The notes under the pieces: generated by a model
Databases searched by the model: none
Told to the model about the DNA's origin: nothing
The model's input: only the letters and a program-made list of their open reading frames with translations
Assembly (NCBI RefSeq): GCF_036321535.1
Contig: NC_087437.1
Span: forward strand, 40,860,001 to 40,924,000
Direction of reading: 5' to 3'
DNA length: 64,000 bases
Source: Camelus dromedarius
Taxonomy: Eukaryota
Translations under genes and position numbers: made by a program
Shown: positions 36,540 to 48,520 of the stretch, piece after piece
How the letters are laid out: the number at the start of each line of letters is the position of its first letter
How positions within the stretch are numbered: the stretch's first letter is position 1

Positions 36540-38715
36540 AAAAAGCAGTCTTCAAAGAGACCCAGTCTTACGTGGTTATTTCAGCAAGTATCTTTCCCTT
36601 GTGGAAAAACAAGCTTGGTTTCCAAATCACTTTAAGCTTGGATCTTAGTGCCGTGGGGAGCTTGATTTGACAGGTACGTAATGAGACCACAAAAGGAAAT
36701 GAGAGCCACTAGCCGAGGCACGGTGAGAGCATGGAGCAGCTGGTAGAGGAGAATGGTGTTTGTAAAGCTGTGGGGTCGGGGAGAAGAGGCATAAATGAAG
36801 AGAACAAGAGGGAGGGCAGCTTCTGAGCTTGGTAGCAGGAAAAAAGATTCTTAAGCACAGAGGAATTTCTTTTAAAAATACCACTGTATAAATTGGGGTT
36901 ACAGATTATTTTTCAATTAGTACTGGGGAGAGTGTTATACAACAGCAACTTCTCAGTCACAGCTGGAATCACCTTTTTTCAGAAGCACAGTGCCTGTGGT
37001 TATTTTATTGCACTCCAGGGGATATTGTTGAAAATAGCAAGCTAGATTTCTTTATGAGCTCAGTGGTACCGCAGATACCTGAGCATGCATCGTGGTGCCA
37101 TCCATCCTAATCGGACAAGCAGTCAGCCATGAATCCAATCCTGTTATTTCCCTCGTATGATATTTCATCCCAAGGTATACCGGTCAGTCACACTTTCCAC
37201 TCCAAGGAAGCAGGAACCACTCTCAGCAAGAAATATTGATCCTTTAACATTTCAAAACTAAGTCACGTCCCATTTCTCACCCATGGTAATTTGGCCCTTT
37301 CCCTGGGCTCTGCCATGGTGTCCACATGGCTCTTCACTGGACACAGAAATGAAAAATGAAAAACAACGCAATATAAAACTTTCAGGTGAACCATACATCC
37401 TTGGGCAACGGGATAACAAATACATTGTTTTCCTGTTGTGTACCGTTTGTACTCTGAATCATCTGGAACCTGACATAAAGTTCAGATTGGTTGGAGAGAC
37501 CCTTGTGGCTATTTCAGCTTCCCCATTGTTTCCACTCTTACAGGGTCTGGTTGGCTGCTTGACAAATGTAATTGAATGAGGACCACAGAGTGAGAAAGCC
37601 AGAATCTGATTTGAGTTCTCTGAAGAATGGACTGGCCACTCAAGCTGCAAGGTTTAAATTTTTCATTTTTAGGGAGAGATATATACGCTCAGGGGAACCA
37701 GCCAGAAAGCCAAACCTCATGGAATCACAGCACTCCAGGGGACTATATGAGGTCCTTTTGTGCCCATCCTTGTGGTCTTCAAAGCATCTGAGGAGACAGT
37801 TCCATCCATTTCACAAAAGTTACCCTTTTCTATTGAGAAATTCTTTATGTAGAATCTAAAATGCCAATGCTCTCCTCTTCTCACCTTGTCTCTTATTCTC
37901 CTTGTCCCTTCTCCTGTTTTTTATATTTTCTTTTTAATTTTGCTGCTCTTTTCTGGACCATATCTAACATCTTGATACTCTTCAATGTTTAGATCACCTC
38001 TTCTTTATAACTTGATATTGCCCTACATATGTATGCTACCAAAGGTTAATATTTATTAATTTCTTCATTTTTGGTCCTCCTCTGGATCCTGAAAATTTCA
38101 AAAACAGCTTCACGCTGCTGACCCTTACTTAAACCACAACTGTTTTCTATTGTTCTCTCACTTTGTAGCTTGTAGTCTGGGGAGCTGTGCAAGGTTTAAA
38201 TTAGGTTGACTTTTTCTGATTGTTTTATAGTCACCCCTTCCAAATTGTGAGGTAACTAGCTGGTTCATATTGGCACTGACAAACTTAGGATGGTACTTTC
38301 AACTTGGTTATTTAAATATTGATTTTTTTCAAAAGATGCTAGAACCAGCACTTCCTCCAAGTGCCCCTTGAAGCTTAACATAAATCCCAATATTATTATT
38401 TTTGCACGGAACAGTCAGCCTATAAAGTGTCACAATAAAGGTGAAGCAAAATTTTAAAAGCCAGCTAAGGAAACATAAGAGAAGGAAGAACTGCATCGCA
38501 GACAAGTTAACACATGAATTGTGCTTTAAGGAACATGGGGAGGAAGGTCCAACTCTTCTATCTTTGGATTTAGTGTGAAACTCAGTTGTCATCTCATTAT
38601 ACTCTAATAGCTGACCTCCAAAAAAATAACAATCATACAGAAAGGAGACAAGAAATAGGGAAGCATTATCCTCTCAACTGCTTGTGTGTTTCCGCAATAA
38701 CAGTAATAGCCACTG

Positions 38716-38921
38716 GTAAGGTGTCAGATATTTGAAAATTGCTAAGAGTAGATCTTGAAAGTTCTTATGGCAAGGAAAAAAACCATGTGAGGTGATGGAT
38801 GTTAACTAAATTTATTATGGTGATCATTTTGCAGTCTATACATGTATCAAATCATCATGCTGTACACCTAAAACTTACACAATGCTATATGTCAATTATA
38901 TCTCAGTAAAACTGAAAAAAT
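38716..38921 (+). mobile_element. L1MA-like 3' UTR end
   Basis: TTGAAAATTGCTAAGAGTAGATCTTGAAAGTTCT...TGTGAGGTGATGGATGTTAAC...GTCAATTATATCTCAGTAAAACTG. Confidence 0.85.
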
Positions 38922-39091
38922 AGGAGGAGGGTATAGCTCAGTGGTAGAGTGCGTGCTTAGCATGCACAGGGTCCTGGGTTCAATCCCCAGTACCTCCATT
39001 AAATAAATATATAGATAAACCTAATTACCTCTCCCCACCAATAAACAAACAAACAAACAAATAAATAATGTGACACAGAGGGTTTTTTTTT
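38922..39091 (+). mobile_element. tRNA-Ala-derived camelid SINE (Vic-1 type) inserted in an L1 tail
   Basis: A/B boxes, (AAAC)n tail; TSD AAACTG(A)6T (38909-38921) / AAACTG(A)7T (39092-39105). Confidence 0.92.
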
Positions 39092-39109
39092 AAACTGAAA
39101 AAAATGGTT

Positions 39110-39340
39110 ACTATCCATTGAGAACTCCCTATAAACTATGCATTGTGCTAATGCTGTACGTAAATGAACCCACTTAATAATTACCATAGGCTTAGGTTCC
39201 CCGGCATTTTTATCCCCTTTTTATGAATGGGATAACTAAGTTAACAACTTCCTCAAGGTCACACAGTTAACAAGTGGTCAGGCTGGGATTCAGCCTCAGG
39301 TATGCCTGACTCCAAAGCACATGCACTTAACCACCAAGTT
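39110..39340 (-). mobile_element. MIR SINE
   Basis: CTCAAGGTCACACAGTTAACAAGTGGTCAGGCTGGGATTC...CCTGACTCCAAAGC. Confidence 0.75.
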
Positions 39341-39844
39341 TTTAACTCCTATGCTCTCTACCTCCCATGAAATCTTGTCTCACAATTAGCAAACACATCA
39401 TCTTGCTCCAAACAGGCCTTCCCAAAAGACAATGATCATAAGCTGAGCAGGTACCCTATGCATTCCAGCAGCTCAGCAGGCCTCTTGCCCTTGCATATGA
39501 GGTGTCCACCTCCGGAAGCCAGGCACGAGCTCAGCGTGTGGCATCATATCACATGACAATTTCCCACCAGCCCAGCCTGCCCCTTAGTCACCAAAGGCAC
39601 AGCCCCACCTGCCCAGAGTCCCACTCACAACCGGCAATGCTCAGGCCACCTGAGATTTGTTCTGCCTTCCCACTGCCACCTGCCTAGCCTCAGGACGTCC
39701 CTCCCAACCTTGAGAACCAGATCCTCAAGGAAGGGAATTCAGGGTTGCTGAGTGCTGTCTCTGCGCCAAGAACTTTACTAGACATATTGCTTAGGTAATA
39801 TAATTTATTAATAATTTAACAGCAATAATAATGAGGTAATGCAT

Positions 39845-40045
39845 GTAAAAGTACAGGGGTCAGAGTCAGACATGGGTTTAAATCTAGGCTTTGCTGCTTT
39901 CTAACTCTAAGACCTTGAGCAAGTTAATTAATCTGAATCTCACCTGTAAAATGAGGATAATGGGGTTACTTGAGGACTGAATGAGATGATATATAAAAAG
40001 CCCTGAGCAAGTGTCCAGCTCATCATAGGTACCCAGTAACTGCTG
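39845..40045 (+). mobile_element. MIR SINE
   Basis: GAGTCAGACATGGGTTTAAATC...GACCTTGAGCAAGTTA...CTCACCTGTAAAATGAGGATAAT. Confidence 0.75.
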
Positions 40046-40095
40046 AAAATTGAGGATTAAGAAAGCAGTTAAAACTGAGACTTAAAAGTCTTTCA

Positions 40096-40330
40096 GTACA
40101 ACAACAAGAGTGAACTGTAACGTCAGCTATGAACTCTGGGTGATAAGGATGTGTCAGCATAAGTTCAACAATTGTAACAAATGTACCCTCTGGTGGGGAT
40201 GCTGATAACGGGGAGGCTGTGGATGTGTGGGAGCAGTGGGTATGTGGGAAATCTCTGTACCTTCTGCTCAGTTTTGCCATGAACCTAAAACAACTCTTTG
40301 AAAAATGAAGTCTTAACAATAGCAACCAAA
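40096..40330 (+). mobile_element. L1MC1-like 3' end
   Basis: TGTAACAAATGTACCCTCTGGTGGGGATGCTGATAACGGGGAGGCTGTG...GGGAAATCTCTGTACCTTCTGCTCAGTTTTG; perfect TSD AAAAGTCTTTCA (40084-40095 / 40331-40342). Confidence 0.85.
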
Positions 40331-41012
40331 AAAAGTCTTTCAAACTAAATCTCCTACTTGCAAAGGAAATTGCAGTTCTACCCATCGATATTTTGGGGGG
40401 TGGTCTAGAGATTATAAATTGTATAAATAAAGTTTAGTTTGAAGTTTAGTCCTCTATATAGGAAAAACTGTAATAAAACTTCACTATTTCTGACTTACAG
40501 AGATTAGATACTCCATTCTTCTCCCCCCACTTTAAAATAGACAGATTTTCATGTAACATGTCACCACATATTGTTTCATGGTGGCTGATGAAAGACAGTG
40601 TGGTGCAGGCTCTCCCACCTGGGGAGGGTGTGGCGCGGGCGTCAGCACTTCATAACCCTCCGCCAGTGATTCTAGTCATTAGCAGCCAAGTTTGAGAACC
40701 CCTGGTTTAGGGAGGGCTTGGAGAGAGCTCTGGTGCTTGCTAGCTGTACGGCCTGGGTAAATCACACCACCTCCCTGAGATTTTGTTCTTTTATCTATAA
40801 ATTGGTTGGAATAAAAATAACTACTCTGCAGGGCTGCTACAAGATGACAGATATGTGTGAAATGTCAGTCAAATGGCAATTTCAATATATAATAGCTATT
40901 TTTAACATTTTAATTGAGATTTGTATTCAATAAAAGTAATCAGTTTTGAATGTACAATTTGATGAGTTTTGACAAATAAATATAGCCTTGTAACCACCCC
41001 TCAGTCAAGATA

Positions 41013-42895
41013 TAGGTGGTCCTTGCTTTGCGCAGTAGTGTGAAACCGTAACTGAACCCACAAGCTGAGATCATGCAAAGTGAGTTAAATCAATAATGGG
41101 GAAATTTTTTTATTACTCCATTACCTTCAAAAATCCTTGTCAAAATACTAAACACTCTCTTGCTATCAGTTATAAATGAATAGAGAAACTAAAAAAAAAA
41201 AATAGTAAAACAAATACTTAGTACACTCTAATTGAAAACATCCAAAAAATTGAGAGCTAAGGTATTTTATTTACTTGTAAAAAGCTTCTCAAGAGTAGCT
41301 TGAACAGTGCTGGCCACCTTCCTGTCGTGTAATTTATGATACAGAGTGAGCATCTTTTCTACACCTTGGTGAACTGTCACAGTCCTTTCTAAGTTTGGAT
41401 CAGCTTCAAACATTGACTCCTTTGCACTTGTTTTTTTAATGTATATATATATTTTTATTAAAGTATAGTCAATTTACAATGTGTCAATTTCTGATGTACA
41501 GCATAATGTTTCAGTCATGCATACACATACATATATTCCTTTTCATATTCTTTTTCATTTTAGGTTATTACAAGATATTAAATATAGTTCCTGTGCTATA
41601 CAGATAAAACTTGTATTATTTTATATACGGTAGTTAGTATCTGCAAATCTCAAACTCCCAATTTATCCCTTCCCACCCCCTTTCCCCTCTGGTAACCATA
41701 AATTTGTTTTCTATGTCTGTGAGTCTGTTTCTATTTTGTAAATAAGTTCATTTGTGGGTTTTTTTTTAATTTGTTTCCTGTTTTTGTTTTAGATTCCACA
41801 TTATGAGTGATATCATATGGTATTTTTCTTTCTCTTTCTGGCTTACTGCACTTAGTATGACAATCTTCAGGTCCATCCATGTAGCTGCAAATGGCATTAT
41901 TTTATTCTTTTTTATGGCTGAGTAATATTTCATTGTGTAAATATACCACAACTTATTTATACAGTCATCTGTCAATGGACATTTAGGTTGCTTCTATGTC
42001 TTGGCTATTGCAAATAGTGCTGCTGTGAATATTGGGGTGCATATATCTTTTTGAATTAGAGTTCCCTCCCAATATATGCCCAGGAGTGGGATTGCTGGGT
42101 CATATGATAAGTCTATTTTCAGTTTTTTGAGGAATCTCCATACTGTTTTCCATAATGGCTGCACCAAACTACGTTCCCACCAACAATGTAGGAGGGCTCC
42201 CTTCTTTGGCATGTTCAGTATCATGTAGCTCTTGAACCATCTTTCTGAGATTAATGCCTTTAATGTGGGGTATTTTTGTTTTGTTTTTTACCAGTATCAC
42301 TTCTTCTGGGACATCTTCATTCTTTTAATCACAGCCATTTTCCTCATTTATGTCCACGTTAAGTTCACCTGACCTGCTTTCTCCGGCTGCTTGTCTAGAG
42401 TCCCTCCAGCGGTGGCCGAGTCGGCGTTCCCACTGTCAGCCGTTGCCGCTATATTCCTGTTTACGTTTGACTTGAATTTCACTTCCAGTATTACCACTTT
42501 TCATTTCTTTGCTGCCGTTTCATCTTTTTTGGCCAGTTCCTTCTTTCCATTGTCCATTTTTGTAAAATGTCACATGGGTCTACCGCTGGGAGACAAGGCA
42601 GGAACACAAAGAATTCTGTGAGTGAACCGCAGAACAAACAGGTGGCCACTGAGCAACAGTCAACGCCCGGAAGGAGGCGCCGTGCTGGCTCACTGATGCG
42701 GATGCACACCTGCTCTACACAGCGGTCTGCGCACTGAGGCTAGCTGCAAAGTGTGTAACTTCAGCAATTACTCACAGCTAAGATACTCTGGTAACTGAAA
42801 TTTGAACGATGTTGCTGGGGACTGGTGTTTATTTAACTAAGTGGTGATAACTGAAATTTGGGCATATCAATAGCACACACGCCAAGGACTGCCCG
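41013..42895 (-). mobile_element. Tigger6a-like DNA transposon (internally deleted), TA-flanked, split by L1
   Basis: TIRs (T)AGGTGGTCCTTGCTTTGC ... CAAGGACTGCCCG with TA on both sides; minus-strand relic MDNGKKELAKKDETAAKK of the transposase N-terminus. Confidence 0.85.
41431..42203 (-). mobile_element. 5'-truncated young LINE-1 inside Tigger6a
   Basis: ORFs [27 protein letters not shown] and KLWYIYTMKYYSAIKKNKIMPFAATWMDL; poly-T at 41431. Confidence 0.95.
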
Positions 42896-43111
42896 TATTA
42901 AATGTTCCCCACACCCCAAATAGCTCTCTGGTACCCACAAGCAGTGTCCACCCCAACCCCTAGGTCCTGGCAAACACTGACCTGCTCTCTGCCACCATAG
43001 TTTTGTCTCTTCCAGAATTTCATATAAACTCAGTCAAGCTGTTTGAAGTCTGTCGTGTCTGGCTTCTTTTACTTAGCACGATGCTTTTGAAGCCTGCTTA
43101 CTTTGTTGCGT

Positions 43112-43219
43112 GTACATGATGGCTATTTTTCTCTCTTTTCTTTTAGACTACTAAACCAATCTTTCGTACATGATGGCTATTTTTCTCTCTTTTCTTTTAG
43201 ACTACTAAACCAATCTTTC
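43112..43219. repeat. Perfect 54-bp tandem duplication
   Basis: GTACATGATGGCTATTTTTCTCTCTTTTCTTTTAGACTACTAAACCAATCTTTC at 43112-43165 and 43166-43219. Confidence 0.97.
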
Positions 43220-43299
43220 ATCTTAAATGAAAATATAATGAAACAAAGTAAATAGGTGAAGAAACTTCCTTCGATTTCACAGCCTCCCCCTGGCCTCCC

Positions 43300-44190
43300 C
43301 TAGCTCTTTCCACTTTGTAGCCAAACTTTTGGAAACAGTCATCCTTTTACTTTCTCTCCTTTAACTCCTTCCTCAAGCTGCTGGTTTCAGCCCCCAGCCA
43401 CACTATTAAAGCTGCCCTTAACAAGTCCACAACTTCCTTTCTGCTTCCGCCATGGACATTTCACCCTTATCTTTCTTACCTTTTTGGCCACACTTGATGC
43501 TATTGAGCACTCCTTTAAAATCTCTGGATCTTCTTCTTCTGTCTCTGACCCATCTTCTCATCCCCAACTCTCCGTGGGGCCCCCTGCCTCAAAATGCCTT
43601 TCACGTAAGTGCTTCCTAGGGTGTAGTCCTGGGACTTCTGTCGTGGTCACGTGCATCCCCTCCCTGGACTATCTCAGCTCTCCCCCATTGTTTTCTCTAG
43701 CTCTGACCTCTTTCCTGAATTCCGGACACATGCATGCTATTTCCCATAAACATCTGCATCTGAATGTCCCATAGACGCCTTAGAATCATATATTCAAAAT
43801 TAAACTCATCATTTCAATGCTTCCCCCTCCAGAACAAAACTTCCTCCATCTGTGTTCCCAATTTTAGTGAATCGTTTCGGTATCGACCGTTTGTCCAAAC
43901 CAGAAACCCAGCTTCCTCCCTCTCTCATACTCCCAACCCCCCATGAACAATAGACCACCAAGGCTAGTCAGTGCCACCCCCAGCCCTCAGAATCTGTACA
44001 TGTCTCTCCATTCCCATCCAACAAGCCCACTTCCACACCATTACATCTCCCCATGACCACTCTGATGCCTTGTAATGTTTTCATCACTGTGTGATTTTTC
44101 TAAAACACAATCCGATCTTTTATCTTCCTGTTTAAAACTATTTAATATGTCTCCATCCCAAGCTTCTAAGAAAGAAAGGCCCTCCGTTAC
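43300..44190 (+). mobile_element. L2 LINE fragment
   Basis: GCCAAACTTTTGGAAACAG, CTCTAGCTCTGACCTCTTTCCTGAATTCC, GTCCAAACCAGAAACC L2 motifs. Confidence 0.65.
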
Positions 44191-45099
44191 CCTGGCCTCA
44201 GCTCACCACCCAGACTTCACAAATAGCCACTTGGGGGAGGTCATCTGACCCTTTGTCCCTTGTTTCTAAACAGCAGACACTAGGAACATCATGAGCTGAC
44301 AGGTCCTTGGCCATCTCCCACGAGCCTGGGTCTTGGCAGATAACAGAGCTACCATTTGCTTCCTGTTTCAGAGGACCAGCTAGGGCCTTTACCTCGGAGG
44401 CAGAGGAGCTGCATGCAGCCAGTGACAGAACTCCCAAGGGAAGAGAAAGGCAAGACAGTGGGAAGAGGAGAGGAATTTGGAGGGCCCGTCTGGAAGTGCA
44501 GGACTGCAGTGAAGGGACAGAGCCTTCCTTGCTCCACCCAGCAGTCCTGCATCCTGGAGGAGGTCAAAAGGCTCCTAATGAGGACAGAAGCATTACCGAC
44601 CTCAGAGTTCATATCGTGATAGTTCAGAGCATCTTTCCAACCAGCGAGCTTGGGTTTAGGGTAAGGCTAAGAGGCCATGAGGCAAATGCCTGTCTCTTCC
44701 CAGCTGCCTGAATCAAGACAAGGGCTAGACATCCAAACCTGAGCAGGGGCCACAGGGCTCAGTTTACCACTGAGTGTTTCCAGTTACTGTTTTTTTCTCA
44801 GAATTCCTTTCTACGCCACACCTCAGATCCCAATTCCTCTTTTCTGAGCAGAGTTATCTCTTTGTGGAAGAGGCTCTATTACCAGCAGGACCCTTGCAGA
44901 GACAACAAGACCACCTTTCTACTGCTGAGTTACCCAGGAGGCAGAATAAACACACATTCTGGCCTCCTGCAAATCAGGGGCACAAAAATGTTTTTAAAGA
45001 ATTTGGTTACTAGTCCCAAGAAAAGATGTCAAAACAGTCATCGTAGGAAAAATGAGAGCTTCATCACACTTGTTAAAATTTGCTTTATAGTTTCTCTTC

Positions 45100-45663
45100 T
45101 TTTTTTACATTTTGTATTGATTTATAATCATTTTACAATGTTGTGTCAAATTCCAGTGTAGAGCACAATTTTTCAGTTATACATGAACATATATATATAT
45201 TCATTGTCACATTTTTTCTCTGTGAGCTACCATAAGATCTTGAATAAATTTCCCTGTGCTATACAGTATAATCTTGTTTATCTATTCTACAATTTTGAAA
45301 TCCCATCTATCCCTTCCCACCCCCCGCCCCCCTGGCAACCACAAGTTTGTATTCTATGTCTATGAGTCTATTTCTGTTCTGTATTTATGCTTTGTTTGTT
45401 GGTGGTGGTGTTGATTTTTGTTTTTTTGTTTTTTGTTTTTTGTTTTTTTTTTAGATTCCGCATATGAGTGATCTCATATGGTATTTTTCTTTGTCTTTCT
45501 GGCTTACTTCACTTAGAATGACATTCTCCAGGAGGCATGCATGTTGCTGCAAATGGCGTTATGTTGTCAGTTTTTTATGGCTGAATAGTATTCCATTGTA
45601 TAAATATATCACATCTTCTTTATCCAGTCATCTGTTGATGGACATTCAGGCTGTTTCCATGTC
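45100..45663 (-). mobile_element. Young camelid-type L1 3' end
   Basis: TTCCCTGTGCTATACAG, GGCAACCACAAGTTTG, TCTGGCTTACTTCACTTAG, ATCCAGTCATCTGTTGATGGACATT. Confidence 0.9.
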
Positions 45664-45839
45664 GTGTTTTCATTTTAAATTACACATGAAGGCAAACCAG
45701 AGATGTTAGTCCAGCCAGTTCTGCTGGATGATAGCTGCTCAGAGACCAGCCCACCTCTGACAGGCTCTTTGAAGGAAGTCAGAGCAAGCAACCATGCTCC
45801 TGAGCAAAGGTGGGTTTCTTCTCATTAATTCCTAGACAC

Positions 45840-46050
45840 GGCTGGAGCCAGCAAGAGGCCTTCAGAGGTCACCTGACACCCCTTCTCTATCTTTCATTAA
45901 GGAAAGTGAGAGTCGGTGAGGTCAGGGGCCTTGCCCAAAGTCAGGTGGCTTCCTTGAGATCAGGTGGCTTACTCAGGGTCACACAGTTAAGCTTGTCTCA
46001 AAGCCAAGACTGAAATCCTGTTCTGACTCTGGGGTAGTATTTCCTCTCAG
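45840..46050 (-). mobile_element. MIR SINE
   Basis: CTTGCCCAAAGTCA...CAGGGTCACACAGTTAA...TTCTGACTC. Confidence 0.55.
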
Positions 46051-46788
46051 TATCACAGGTGGCTCAGCAGGAGTCCTTGGTCCCGTCCTCGCCTCTACTC
46101 CCAAGCAGCAAACGCATCACTCTGGAACTTGCAAACCGCTTTTGAATAACCAGAACCTGCGATTCTATCATCCTCAGCTTACAGAGTGGGGTCATATTGT
46201 TTCCTTCTCTTTACGGGGTGGGGAGACTGTGGGGGGGCACTGATGACTTCACCACAGACCATGCAGTGAGTCAGGGACTGAGCCAACTCCCCAGCTCCCA
46301 GATCCCTGGTTTTTCTTTCTGTTTCTAAGTCAACTGAGCTAGTCAGCCTCCCACGCTGTAAACACACCACTGAGCAGGGAAACAATGAGGCTGCTTATTT
46401 AGAAAAGACCTGCTTCCCTGCTGAGTGTCACTACATGTCTCTTTTTATGCACTTGAACAGTCTGTTCCTGCAGTTGGCTACTAGGAAAACAGGCAAGAGG
46501 GATGACTGTGAAACAGCCCCCTTAAAGGGCCTCGATCCATCCTCACTGACACAAAGCAGCCCACCGAAGTCTCAGGTGAGCAACAGGTGAAGTGGGGACC
46601 ATGGCCAGGGTCTAAGTCGTTAGGCCATTCAGACAGATACACCTTTATTAGAACCCGCCATTAGGAAATAGATACTACCTGTGCCTTGGAGAGGAAACTG
46701 CCATCTTTCTTAGCAAAATCAAACCCTGAGCTTGCAAGGTAGCCATGAAATAGGGAAAGATTTATCTCTGTTTCCCCTTCCCATTAGG

Positions 46789-46936
46789 CAGTGTTTCTCA
46801 AACTGTAGAGAGCACATCTTCAAAATGCACATATTTGGGCTTCACTCCGAGAGGAAGGGAGGTCTGGGGGAGGGCAGGATGCCTGGACACCTGCATTTCT
46901 AACAAGTACCCCAAGACCGCACTTTAGATACACTTC
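46789..46936 (+). mobile_element. MER5-like hAT-Charlie DNA transposon
   Basis: CAGTGTTTCTCAAACT start, CTGCATTTCTAACAAG, GACCGCACTTTAGATACACT end. Confidence 0.7.
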
Positions 46937-47789
46937 CTCATTGCTGCTCTGCCGCTGGGGAGCCTCTTGGGGGTGCTTTTCCCCATTTATCGCTCTTACT
47001 CATGTGTCCCCCCTTCCAGCCAAGGCTGGATCATTTCAACAAGGCTGTGCTAAAGGCCTCAGAAAGAAAAAAAGGAAATAAGGAGACAGTCTCTTGCAAT
47101 TAAATAATCTGGTTTGTAAGAGATAGTTTTCTCATCTTCAGTGTGGGGTCCCCTACAGGGCTATCTCTCAGCTGGACTCCGGCCTGTCCATGCAAGAGGG
47201 CAATTTTTACCACCCACGTGGGCATGCCTTCAGGCATATGGACACACCCTGAAGTCCAGACCCAGGAGAGGAAAGCCAGAGGAGCCACGAGTTCCCACTT
47301 CAGCCTCCCCGCAGTCATCTTCTGAGCTTCACTCTCCTGTCTATGAAAGTACTCACCCATCTCAGCAGTTGATCCTGGGAGAATCTAAACTGGTCAGAGC
47401 AAGAGATAAAGTTCCCCAAACCCTCATGATCGTACCTACGCCAGTGCCACATGTGGATAAACGTCACATAAAAAATAAAAAGAAAGAACGTGGCGGGGGT
47501 GGTATTAGTAGAAGGAGTCAGTTCCTCTCAACTCATTCTGGACAGATCCTGATGAGAAGATCAGGGTGATTTGAGAGGCAGCAGCTTGCAAAACAGGCTG
47601 GATTTGACATTTTAATTTAGCCATCTGTGCATTCAACCAGTAGTTTGGGGGGGCCCATTATGTGCTAGATTCTGTGCTAGGGATTGTCAATACCATAGAG
47701 CAATCAACAAGATAGGCTCTTGCCCCTGTCTCCATAGCACATATAGCCCTCAGGGAAGATGACTAAGACAGCTAAATGGGGGCCTCATC

Positions 47790-48082
47790 TAGTGGTCCTC
47801 AGACCACATCTGGGCCCACACAGCATATTAAACAGGGTAATTCTCATAAAAATATGGATTTCTAAGTTCTCTTTAAAAACCAGGGAAAAAACAGCAAAAG
47901 TGGGCTTGTATTCCCCAATGGGAACACTTTCTGGAACTGAGAAGTGGCTGACCATTTAGAGAAGCACGCAATCTCCAATTTACCATGCTCCCCACCACTC
48001 CTAATTGTCTCATTTATGGCCAGTTTCACCCATTTGACTTACCTATCCTGCACCCAAATGCATTTGAGTTAAAGATTCTTGT
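47790..48082 (+). mobile_element. MER102-like hAT-Charlie DNA transposon
   Basis: GGATTTCTAAGTTCTCTTTAAAAA...CTCCCCACCACTCCTAATTGTCTC...GCATTTGAGTT. Confidence 0.65.
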
Positions 48083-48099
48083 CTGGAATCACATGGAAA

Positions 48100-48520
48100 A
48101 GGATCTAATCTGGTCTGAAGAATGAAAGATGAACAGGGTTTCCCAGCTGATAAGAAGCAAGGAAAGGAGTAGGTTAGGAATATGAGGCAGAAGAAACAGC
48201 ATATGCAAAGGCTCGGAGATGAAGGCTGGAGAGTCTGAGAGCAGCAGGGGAGATGTGCTTGAGGAAGGGAGACTGTTGCTTACAGGTCGAGCTCTAAGTG
48301 ATGGGTAAGAGATGGAGCTGGAGAGGAAGACAAGGGTGAGTCATATTAAACATGGACTTTATCCCATGTTACACAGTGGAAGACACCAGAATATTTCAAG
48401 CTGGGTAATGGCCCCCATCTGACTGTTTTTGGAAGGCTATTGGACTACTGTGTGGAGAGCAGATTGGAAATGGACAAGACTGAGTTGAGAACAGGTATTT
48501 TAGGACATTCATGAGCAGTC
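48100..48520 (-). mobile_element. L2 fragment
   Basis: GCAGAAGAAACAGCATATGCAAAGGCTCGGAG...CTGTGTGGAGAGCAGATTGGA. Confidence 0.65.

Larger units (their letters stand above)
40895..43125 (-). mobile_element. Old L1 (L1MB-like) 3' UTR split by a Tigger element
   Basis: TGATGAGTTTTGACAAA...GTAACCACCCCTCAGTCAAGATA [insert] ...CACTGACCTGCTCTCTG...GTCTGGCTTCTTTTACTTAGCA resumes after 42897. Confidence 0.75.

Noticed and set aside
38050..38300. Possible CR1/L3 fragment
   Set aside because: Similarity too faint to call by eye.
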